Origin: Candidatus Thorarchaeota archaeon | GTDB lineage: Archaea; Asgardarchaeota; Thorarchaeia; Thorarchaeales; Thorarchaeaceae | NCBI GenBank assembly: GCA_048882385.1 | Contig: JBHLRQ010000019.1 | Span: forward strand, 1 to 40,783 | Direction: 5' to 3' | DNA length: 40,783 nucleotides | Shown here: positions 28,201 to 36,494 of the stretch, in pieces | How positions within the stretch are numbered: the first letter of the stretch is position 1 | How the letters are laid out: each line of letters opens with the position of its first letter | Program-made: the position numbers and the translations under genes | The notes under the pieces: generated by a model | What the model was told of the DNA's origin: nothing | The model's input: the letters and a program-made list of their open reading frames with translations, nothing else | Databases searched by the model: none

Positions 28201-30228
28201 ACCCACATTGATTGTCTGAGGAACAGATGGCGGACCAGCTGTACCATATCCGGGGCCAGAGTTGCCTGCTGAGAAGCATATGATTTGGCCTGGATAGTGT
28301 GTAGCATTGAAGAATCCAGGAGTGGCTATAGCTGCATAGATCAGCGAGTAAATGCCATACAGTTCAATGTACTGCGGTGCGACCCAACCCCAAGAGTTGC
28401 TCGTTATGTCCATACGATGGACGCTGTTATAGTTCCAATTCCACCAACCATTGGCATAGTTGGTACCGTTATAATCGAAACCTGCAGCATAGAGCATTGC
28501 TTGGAATTCGGCTACAATGCCTGCCGTCATTATTCCCATAATTGTGCTACCAGGAGCAACACCTGGGAGAGCGACATTAGAGCCACCAGGTCCAACTGGG
28601 TATGTAAGTATACCACGACCAGCAATCTGACCAGATACAAAGGTACCGTGTGAGTCACCGTCGTACATGATACTCAGAGCACGACCACTCAGACCAATAC
28701 CATTCACCATACCTAAACCAAAGATATTGCCTTCCCAACCTCGGCACAAAGTACCAAGTCCAAAGGTCATTGAATCTGCGGGGTAGGTGTACTTCAGAAC
28801 AGTGCGGTCTGCAGTCCCAGCAGTTGCCCAGTAGGTCAAGTCTTGTTCAAGGTCATCCACAAAGCTCCAGTCACCAAGACCTTCATAGTAGTCCCAGTTT
28901 GCTGTGTCATTGAAATCTATTCCGACATATCTGGAATTACGAATAGCGTCGTTCCAGAATGCTGTGTGAGCACGGGTCGTGTTCCAGTCGACGACAAGGA
29001 TTGTGTTATTCAACACCAATGTTGGAGCGAATACCTTGACATATGGGTCAAGGCGTTGTTGGAATGTGTATCCTGTACAGTAGTATGGCATTCCTACAGT
29101 ATCTACGAAGTGATATACCCTTTCACCTGTCGTAGCATTTACAACAGTGTAATCGGAATAGTTGATTCGTGAACTGCCAATGGTTTTTGATGGATCAGGA
29201 ATCTGAGGATCTTGCCTCATCACATCATAGTAGAAGTCAGTGATATTAGCTTGGTTTGGATAACTTGGCCGCGTGGGATTAGTAGCTGTTGGTCCCCACC
29301 ATGATCCTAGATATCCATCGAAGTACCAATCAAGATTTACAAGACCACCCTGGTTGTTTACACGAGGACCATTACCATTGACGTAGTTCGCAGCTGCGTT
29401 CATGGTAGACCAGTTGAGATACCAGTTACCATCTACACCCTTATAGCTCAACATGTTCCATGATGAGTATCCTAGCCAAGCAGTTACATTCTCCACTACT
29501 GTGGCATTTGCTCGGTAGAGGTTAACACCGAAGCCATAACCAGTTGGATCATAGCTTGTAGGAAGACCATCAGAACCAATATCTATGGCATCATAAAGGT
29601 CTGGATGACTGAAATCTACACCTGTGTCAACAGTGGCAACTCGTATACCAGAACCATCAATTCCTGGAAAATCGGTAGCAAATTGGGAGTCTATACCAAT
29701 CCAAGGAAGTGTAGCCCATGCATCGGGTTCACTATCTGGTGGCAAGACATCAGTACTTGCAGCAAAATCGTTTGTCTTCTCTCTGTAGAGACGATCAGCG
29801 AAAACGGTTACGACACCCTCATAATTCTCAAGTGCGACCAAACTCTCAACGTTTCTCACATAAGCACTCGCCATGATTGCTACGTTAAAGGAAACCATCC
29901 AGTTAACGGTTACAATTTCTTCTAGACCAGCCATATCAGCTAGTTCATCTAGAACAATAAGTACTCCGACGTCACCATCATGATTTCTGACAACATCAGA
30001 CGCAATCACACCTGAGTCCCTATAACTTGCGAGTATCGAATCGAGCGGTCCATCTCTACTCTTGGTATCGAGGTAGCGTTCGAGATTCATCATTACCTCT
30101 TCAGGAGTTGAGATTTGCGGGCTCGCAACCGGACTAACGGATGTCATGGGCGTGAATGGCACAAGAACCATAGAGATGGTCAATGTGGCAATCAAGAACA
30201 TGACACCAGCTTTCTTCAGGTTGTTCAT
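25291..30228 (-). CDS. Large membrane-anchored S8 (subtilisin/pyrolysin-like) serine protease
   Basis: Signal peptide; D201 (VDTG), H527 (HGT), SAGNSG, S747 (GTSMA); Thr/Pro linker, C-terminal TM and RKR. Confidence 0.92.
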   Translation of the reverse strand: MNNLKKAGVMFLIATLTISMVLVPFTPMTSVSPVASPQISTPEEVMMNLERYLDTKSRDGPLDSILASYRDSGVIASDVVRNHDGDVGVLIVLDELADMAGLEEIVTVNWMVSFNVAIMASAYVRNVESLVALENYEGVVTVFADRLYREKTNDFAASTDVLPPDSEPDAWATLPWIGIDSQFATDFPGIDGSGIRVATVDTGVDFSHPDLYDAIDIGSDGLPTSYDPTGYGFGVNLYRANATVVENVTAWLGYSSWNMLSYKGVDGNWYLNWSTMNAAANYVNGNGPRVNNQGGLVNLDWYFDGYLGSWWGPTATNPTRPSYPNQANITDFYYDVMRQDPQIPDPSKTIGSSRINYSDYTVVNATTGERVYHFVDTVGMPYYCTGYTFQQRLDPYVKVFAPTLVLNNTILVVDWNTTRAHTAFWNDAIRNSRYVGIDFNDTANWDYYEGLGDWSFVDDLEQDLTYWATAGTADRTVLKYTYPADSMTFGLGTLCRGWEGNIFGLGMVNGIGLSGRALSIMYDGDSHGTFVSGQIAGRGILTYPVGPGGSNVALPGVAPGSTIMGIMTAGIVAEFQAMLYAAGFDYNGTNYANGWWNWNYNSVHRMDITSNSWGWVAPQYIELYGIYSLIYAAIATPGFFNATHYPGQIICFSAGNSGPGYGTAGPPSVPQTINVGASTSYHTFEGSYGPGQGFDQIASFSSRGPSTLGYAKPDILAPGANNYGLVPDYGDMFYAPRNNYAVYGGTSMACPMVAGVAALMLEANSALEPDEVKTILKSTAVDIGIDGLTQGAGRVDAYAAVDYVVNGNGNVFSTMDSLANWAVAIDEAWEYDMAPYTRNTWFNSTDAPTDFADYSLYFGIVNEGDSVTMTVNTDGNWAFSDFTWTAEQYVAASAPFSFTFETFIYNDTVTDSTKAGWIDLEAKLGTTDFNTLMGYQYATITIAGDQTTFADDSLWAFIFDWSDTDPADTYPNYYNGTHGDELTRLQYADDTNVLKMDLSSATTLGDLFAGTAIISVHDDNIWSWPYTTGNTLQVNIQPWVLAADSNIGTIVDASPGATVPLTVGVGTDFGIHQGFIKAVNNTGANYYRIPYTYNVIGTYDTEGVIMEIANGVGDAQTPYEQGTITANTDPRYTYTAGDHASIIVNMTDDTVNFLAARVTWASADTDMDVDIIDMTGGAWAESYVAVKETDTSALAVAEIEGWTGLYGIYLYVNAMEGTFVPEDIVVTVVGLAAIDDPTMTVSYYARDHPVPTVIGNGGSAVGDHVVMNATWTDGVNPGMPELSISSLEMKILYGTFTDETVPAVDTPDPDTQLGGGVINPDEWAWVTAPGIVEDDFVRITVDFDGGDGDAAAWWSDMPMEERTYTNRITTHQSMASGRHPEYGTFTAGRSGSIDVGCLNYDGASTQFHVVVDTRVGLEPSRVYTHTFEIDTYDLLFNGTFAILIDSDTGSNLRYTASLSDVFIGNYFVPTVTVNPVVVLANHRFNFTWAASDLNADDTLYYSVWISSDGGSTFQLLRQNLTDTFYVWNSEGWLIQDYHYRIRVYDLDFTMYVDSGDPLIGDVPLNSVDTPPSSYWPGLFSDDVSGSFEAGDQIYTPPTTTTTTTPTPTPTPTPTPTGIDPLLIGLLGGLGIGVVVLLILFLIRKR
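25382..25443. repeat. Coding repeat for Thr/Pro linker
   Basis: GTAGGTGTTGGGGTAGGA twice, then GTCGTCGTT twice; encodes PPTTTTTTTPTPTPTPTPTPT. Confidence 0.85.
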
Positions 30229-30254
30229 TTTTCATTTTTCTCCTCACTTTTTCA

Positions 30255-30375
30255 ATGGAGAACAAAAACGGTCAAGATACCTCCAATCCGCATTGATGGC
30301 ATCCTCTCTTGACGCAAAAAACCTCCAAAAACTGATCAAGTGTTGACCAGTTGCTTCTCCTCTAGCGTTCTCCAC
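30255..30375 (-). ncRNA. Candidate structured 5' leader (three-way junction)
   Basis: Three nested helices found by eye, with G-U wobbles favouring the mRNA strand (see findings). Confidence 0.45.
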
Positions 30376-30668
30376 GGGTATGTGATTACCACACGCGAGC
30401 GAAACTGTCTCTATTAAGCATTGTGCAAGAATTGTACTATAAGGAACGGTTCATTTTTCCCTATCCTCTCTTTTACTATCTTTGACACTTCAAAAACGAG
30501 TTAAAAAGCGCTCATATACGTTATTGTCAACCAAAAAGGAATATCAAGCCTTAAAACTTGTCTATGTGTAGGTAAAAACACCTCTATTTCGTTTGTTCAT
30601 TCTAATAATACAACACTTAAGCTGGTGTTGAAAATATGAGATTACATGTTGAATATTCCGTTTTGGTT

Positions 30669-31724
30669 TTATGAACGAACGAGTTTCTTCACAGTATCAA
30701 CAATCTCATTGACCATAAGGATTGCTCCGATCATCTCAACCTTGGGTTCTTCACCATGAGAATCACCAACCTCTCTTGAAACCCTCGTCATGGAACGACC
30801 TAGACTCTCAATCAATGTGACGAGAGCTCGCTTGGCTCCATCATCTTTCCCACTTGATTCAACTTGTGATATCAGCTCAACAAGATCAGAAATCACGCTA
30901 TCTGAAACCTCTGATGCAGCTTCGGCTCGACGCCCCAAATCTTCCCATTTCTTTTGTGCATCTTTGAGCTTACTAGAGAGCTCAGTAACTATTCCATCAT
31001 CTGCTGCAAGAGGTGCTACTGTTGTTCCTGCTGCCGCAATACGGAGATCCGCAATCTCCGATTCTAAGGACGCAATCAAATGGTCCTTCATCTTGAGCTG
31101 TTCATCCAATCCTTCTCCTGGAGCAGCCACTGGTGCAGCCTGTGTCTTCAGCTGTTCCTCCATGAGCTTGATTGAGGTTTCTCTCTCGCTAATTTCAGCT
31201 TTGATTGCTTCAAGTTCCCCACCAAGGGCTGCTAGAGAGTCTTCCTTTTCAGAAACGAATTCTGTAAGTCGTTTATTCTCAGCTTCAAGCTTCTGAATGT
31301 CACTCTTTATTGTCTTTGATTCTTGTTTTGCGTTCTTCAGCTCATCGCGCAAAGATGTCAAATCTGGGTCAGGTGGTGAGATTACATAGTAGGCGATAGC
31401 AGAAAGAATAGCTGTAAATGCTAGAACGTAAATTAACGAGCTTTCTACTGAACCAAAGAAGAGATTTGTGAGTAATTGAAGACCATTAACAAATGTAGTC
31501 CAAGATCCAAAACCAAGCATTCCTCCTAGGCTTGCGTATAGAACTGCTACTACTGCCAAAGCAAAGCTGAGGATTCCAATAAGTAGGATGAAGTTACGCT
31601 TTTTTGTTTCATGTTGGAGATGTCTCTGATAGAGAAGCAAAAGTACACCCAGTGTTAACATTGGAAAGACATAGGGTAATGAGGCTACGATATCATCCAT
31701 CGGAAGTTCAAAGGTTACTAACAT
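30669..31724 (-). CDS. Membrane protein with long coiled coil
   Basis: About 3 N-terminal TM segments followed by a heptad-rich charged region; GGAGG upstream. Confidence 0.75.
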   Translation of the reverse strand: MLVTFELPMDDIVASLPYVFPMLTLGVLLLLYQRHLQHETKKRNFILLIGILSFALAVVAVLYASLGGMLGFGSWTTFVNGLQLLTNLFFGSVESSLIYVLAFTAILSAIAYYVISPPDPDLTSLRDELKNAKQESKTIKSDIQKLEAENKRLTEFVSEKEDSLAALGGELEAIKAEISERETSIKLMEEQLKTQAAPVAAPGEGLDEQLKMKDHLIASLESEIADLRIAAAGTTVAPLAADDGIVTELSSKLKDAQKKWEDLGRRAEAASEVSDSVISDLVELISQVESSGKDDGAKRALVTLIESLGRSMTRVSREVGDSHGEEPKVEMIGAILMVNEIVDTVKKLVRS

Positions 31725-31809
31725 AAGGAATCCTCCTTGTGACGCGAGAAGAGATGAACTCTTGAAGGATAAAACTATTCTCTGTGTGTAACAAGATAGA
31801 GACTCAGGA

Positions 31810-31836
31810 CTGTCCGGGATTGAAAGAACCGGACAG
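31810..31836 (-). terminator. Inverted repeat after 95-aa gene
   Basis: CTGTCCGG-N11-CCGGACAG; no clear U tract. Confidence 0.4.
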
Positions 31837-31852
31837 AACCCATTGATTTACA

Positions 31853-32140
31853 CTAATTTTTCCACAACTCTGCTTTCTCAGCTTCGTGATCTGTTAACAT
31901 TATGTCCAACGCCTTGACAAGTCTCGCTGCTTCTTCAATCGAAAGAAGAAATGACCCCTTGACGTCACGGTCCTCACCTATTGCGATTCGAACCTTTCCA
32001 TCATTGACCCAACCTTCATCAGTCTGCTCAGGAGCTTTGAGTTGGAGCTCAAGCCAAGTCCTTCGCGACTCTTTCGTATCACGATCTTCGAAGAAGTGCT
32101 TCAACTGAAGACGGCGCTCATATTCATATTTGGTACCCAT
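31853..32140 (-). CDS. Hypothetical protein (95 aa)
   Basis: GGAG upstream of ATG; protein-like composition with beta strands followed by a helix. Confidence 0.75.
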   Translation of the reverse strand: MGTKYEYERRLQLKHFFEDRDTKESRRTWLELQLKAPEQTDEGWVNDGKVRIAIGEDRDVKGSFLLSIEEAARLVKALDIMLTDHEAEKAELWKN

Positions 32141-32296
32141 TTAATTCATGCACTCCAATCTGGGGCAGACTACGTGTCTTTCCCTCATTATAATATTATC
32201 AAGAAACAATTTACACACATTTCTCGGAGTTTCCGAGCTAGACTGTTCTAGCAAAATAAAGCACTCAAGAAAACCCTTATCTTAACTCTGGAGGTC

Positions 32297-35236
32297 GTGC
32301 GCGTGGAAGGACTCTCCACTATGCTAGCTATTCCTAAATCTTTGACACGGCAATTTGCAGCCTTTGTGATTTTTATACTCCTATTCACACCCATGACAAT
32401 ATTTGTTGGAGGAGCTAAGAACACATCTGGAGCTGATACTCTCATAGGTCCAAGTCTAGCATCTGCTATACTCAGTTCAGAATCCAACGATGTACTTCCA
32501 GTTGTTGCACAATTTCCAGAGGGAAGCACTCCTGATGCAATGATAAATGAAATTCAAAAATCAAACTTGCAAAGCATCGAAATCAGGTATGCCTTCAAAC
32601 TGATTCCTATGGTTTCCTTGTATATAGGAAGTGGCGATGTTGAGGAACTAGCAAAAAGTACGTACATCAGTGGTCTAATACTTGACAGGAACAGACAGAT
32701 TCTCGTAGAGAATGAGCCTGTTGAAGATTATGTAATTGCTCAGAATGGGAATGGATATGTGCACTTTGACACTATAACAGGCGCAGACTTGATGTGGGAT
32801 GAGGGATTCAATGGCTCAGGAGTTACAGTTGCTATTCTTGACAGTGGCATTGATGGTAACCATCCTGATCTTGAAAACCGTCTTATTGGTTTCAAAGATT
32901 TAATCAACTCAAACGATGACATGCAACCATCGGATGGAGTTGATGCATATGATGACAATGGTCATGGAACAGCATGTGCATGGAACGCAGTTGGTGATGG
33001 CACAGCAAGTGGAGGCAATATTACCGGAATTGCACCAGGCGCAAACCTGCTTGGAGTCAAAGTCCTAGATGCTACAGGATCGGGTGATGATTCAGTTATT
33101 GCGCGGGGCATTGAATTCGCTGTTCTTCAGGGTGTTGATGTGATAAGCATTAGTCTTGGAGGAGAATGGACTGACAATACTTTCGTCATCGAACCTTCAG
33201 TTGCTGAAATTAAGACAGCCATTAGTTCAGGCGTATCTGTTGTCGTTGCTGCAGGAAACTCTGGACCAGCGGCTTTCACAATAAATTCTCCTGGTATTGT
33301 AGAAGAGGCAATTACAGTTGGATCATCATACAGTGCTAGTGGTGTAATCGCATTTAGTAGTGTAGGACCAGTATACAGGACTATTTCCAGCCCAAAGGGA
33401 TATGTTGTGAAACCAGATCTTGTCGCTCCAGGATATCAGGTTGTATCAGGAAGAGGCGCTGGAGTTAACACCATTGAGTATCCAGTATACAATTTCACCC
33501 AGTTTGGTTCATACTATACACAATGGTCTGGAACATCTGCGTCAACTCCAATTGTTGCCGGTCTTGTTGCAATATTGCATCAGAAGTACTTGTTGTTGAC
33601 ACCTATAGAAGCAAAGGCCGCCCTGATGAAATCTGCAACAGATCTTGGAGTAGACTCAATGAGTCAGGGATGGGGTCTCGCAAATGTGTCTAGAGCTTCG
33701 TTCTTGTTGACGAATTCATCACGAGACATCACATTAATGACACCTCGTAGTTTTCCAACATTACCTTGGAGCTCACAGGTTCTTATCGTTGGAGATGAAC
33801 GACCTCCTCTTAATGTGACTGTGATTTCTACACAGCCGATTGGCATAGCAAATATCACATTAACTGGAAATGCTACTCAGTTCATCGAAACAAGTGTTGA
33901 CCAATTGAGTGTGGTTGTAGGATATTCTCATTTTGGACTTGCGCTTGAAGTACCTGAGGACTTACCAGTTTCAGCAGCTGGCTTCTATTCTGGTCATCTC
34001 AACCTAACTCATAATGGAGATATCGTCTCATCAATCGAGATTGGATTCTCGGTATCCCTCTTTGGTGGACGAATGATGGTCGATATGGAACATCACGAAA
34101 CAGGGGGTCTAAATCCAGACATTGACGATCCATCATACTATGGGTATTTTACCGAATACCTTCGTGATCGGGGAATGGTAGTGTCTGAGTTTGGTAGTCC
34201 TGAGGACTTGAGAAGAAGTTACATCGACTTAAGCACAATATCAAGTGCAGACGTCTTCACCATCATGGACACCGAAACAACCTATACCGCTAGCGAAGTT
34301 ACAGCACTTCATGATTTCGTAGAAAATGGCGGAACTCTCCTAGTTCTTTCTGAATCATTCTCACAAGAAACAGGGGAACCTACTTTTGCTATCGATTCCT
34401 ATAATCAGATTTTAGAGCCTTTTGGAATCCAATGCGAAGAAAGAGCTATAGGTTTTGGTCCAGGCAACTTTGGTATACCGTATGGTGCAAACTACAGTGG
34501 TTATGTTGAGAATGATCCATTGATGGATGGAGTATACAATCTCTATGTGCTTCAGGGAAGTACCCTACATGTGGATTCAAGTGTTTCAAATGCCAAGGGT
34601 CTCTTGTGGGAAGATTCTGAGAGGACTCACGCAATTGTAGCCACTGCAGAATATGGTTCTGGAAAAGTGTTTGTGATTTCCGATGGTTCAACACTCTATG
34701 ATGATGTTCTTTATGACGCAATTAATTCGGGTGCGGACAATTTACGTTTGTTAAGAAACTTGGCAAATGCAATTACTCCTGATTCACCGAGGATTTTCGA
34801 TGTTGCATTCGAATTCGGAAATCTTGGTGATCCAGCCAACGTAACAGCATTTGTATTCGATGATGATCTGGAAAGTGTTTCAATGAGCGTCATTGGACCC
34901 ATTGGAAATAATCTTACAGGTTTAGTAACCGAGGAGCTAGGCTACAAATTCTCAACGAGTTTCACATTTAGTAGTGGTGGATTCTATTCTGTACAAGTTG
35001 TAGCTACTGACTCAGCTGGCAATATCCGAATCTTTCAGAAGGTAATTCTCATTCCAGTAGATGCGGCCGATGATCTTATCGTTTTGTCAGTCATCTATAC
35101 TTTGCTTGGAGTAGTAGGAGTAGGTCTCGCCTATGTACTGATTGCCAGAAGGAGTGGTAGACCGAAGCCACCTCCACGACCTTCTGTGGAACCCAAAGAG
35201 GACGAGTGGGAACTTCCACCACCATCTATCGAATAG
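32297..35236 (+). CDS. Membrane-anchored S8 protease with GATase-like (DUF4350/GIFT-type) domain; Site-1 protease-like architecture
   Basis: LDSG, HGT, AAGNSG, SGTS triad motifs; '[20 protein letters not shown]' and '[10 protein letters not shown]'; C-terminal TM and Pro-rich tail. Start may be GTG 32303 or ATG 32321. Confidence 0.88.
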   Translation: [979 protein letters not shown]

Positions 35237-36494
35237 GTCCATAGGTCGACTCAAGGTATTCACGGAAACGTGCATGTTGTGGCTTCAATAGAGGATTTTC
35301 CTTTAGGATTGCTCCGGATTCGACTCTATCAAGTATCTCATATCCCAGCCTTGCTCCCATCCGAGATGAAATCACTTGTCCTCCAATCAATTGGCCAGTT
35401 TCGTTGGTCACAAGAGCCACCTTAGCAAACTCGGTTGGATCCTCCCAAAAGTGAACATCGGTCTTTACACCAAGTGCTTTCGCGCTGGTTGAGGAAAGGC
35501 CAACAATTACAATGTCTGTATTGAAAATGTGGTCGTACTGAAGTCGACGTATAGTATCGTCATATATCTTAGATCCACCTGCTGCTTTGACTCCTGCTTG
35601 ACGTCCTGCACGTGCAGCAATGCTAGCAATAGGAAGTAAGAATGGTTCATTTGTCATTGTGTCTTTCAACTCTACACAATCACCAACTGCAAACACGTCT
35701 TTCACTGAGGTCATCATTGTATCATCGACCACAATACCTCCTAGATTTCCAAGCTTTACACCAAGAGATTCAGCCAGTTTGATATTGGGACGGACTCCTG
35801 TCATGAACAGGACTGCATCTGCTGATAGTTCCTCATCACCTAGATTGAGTCCCTCCACCTTTTCTTTGCCCAATACAGCTGATGGAGCTTTTCCTGTGTG
35901 GACTATCAACTTTTCAGGAAGTCGGGAGAGAAGCTCTTCACTCATCGATTCTTCAAGTTGTTTACGCATAAGTCTCGATCGAACAACAAGATGAACCTCT
36001 TTACCCAAGGAGAGGAGTCGTTCCGCAGTTTCTAATCCACTGAATCCAGCACCTACCACAATGATGCATTCCATAGTCGATAGTTGTTTCCCAATCTCGC
36101 TTGTATCCGCCATTGTCTGAATTGTGAAGACACCAGGTAGTTTTACTCCAGGTATATTTGGAACAGAAGGAATGCCGCCTGTAGCAAGAATAAGTTTGTC
36201 ATACTCCAGGGTTTCTGAACCAATCTGTAGTGTCTTTGCTTTAGAATCTCCTCCTGTAACTTCAGTACCTGACATAATCTGAATCCTATTTTTGGCAAGT
36301 GTTTCAAAAGACCATTCTTCAATCTTGAGCTCTTTTGTTGCTGGAAACTCTAAAGCCATGGCAGCACCGGGCTTTCGATGAGATTCATAGGTCTCGTCGG
36401 TGACGATTTTGATTTCTGCTTTTGAGTTAAACCTTCTTGCAGTCAGAGCTGCTGTAGCTCCTCCCGGACCATAGCCAACAATTACTATTCTAAT
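35226..36494 (-). CDS. FAD/NAD(P)-dependent oxidoreductase (NADH oxidase/CoA-disulfide reductase-like)
   Basis: GYGPGG, ATGG, GAGFSGLE, TSVKDVFAVGDC. Start uncertain (ATT 36494 or TTG 36536). Confidence 0.88.
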   Translation of the reverse strand: MRIVIVGYGPGGATAALTARRFNSKAEIKIVTDETYESHRKPGAAMALEFPATKELKIEEWSFETLAKNRIQIMSGTEVTGGDSKAKTLQIGSETLEYDKLILATGGIPSVPNIPGVKLPGVFTIQTMADTSEIGKQLSTMECIIVVGAGFSGLETAERLLSLGKEVHLVVRSRLMRKQLEESMSEELLSRLPEKLIVHTGKAPSAVLGKEKVEGLNLGDEELSADAVLFMTGVRPNIKLAESLGVKLGNLGGIVVDDTMMTSVKDVFAVGDCVELKDTMTNEPFLLPIASIAARAGRQAGVKAAGGSKIYDDTIRRLQYDHIFNTDIVIVGLSSTSAKALGVKTDVHFWEDPTEFAKVALVTNETGQLIGGQVISSRMGARLGYEILDRVESGAILKENPLLKPQHARFREYLESTYGPIR

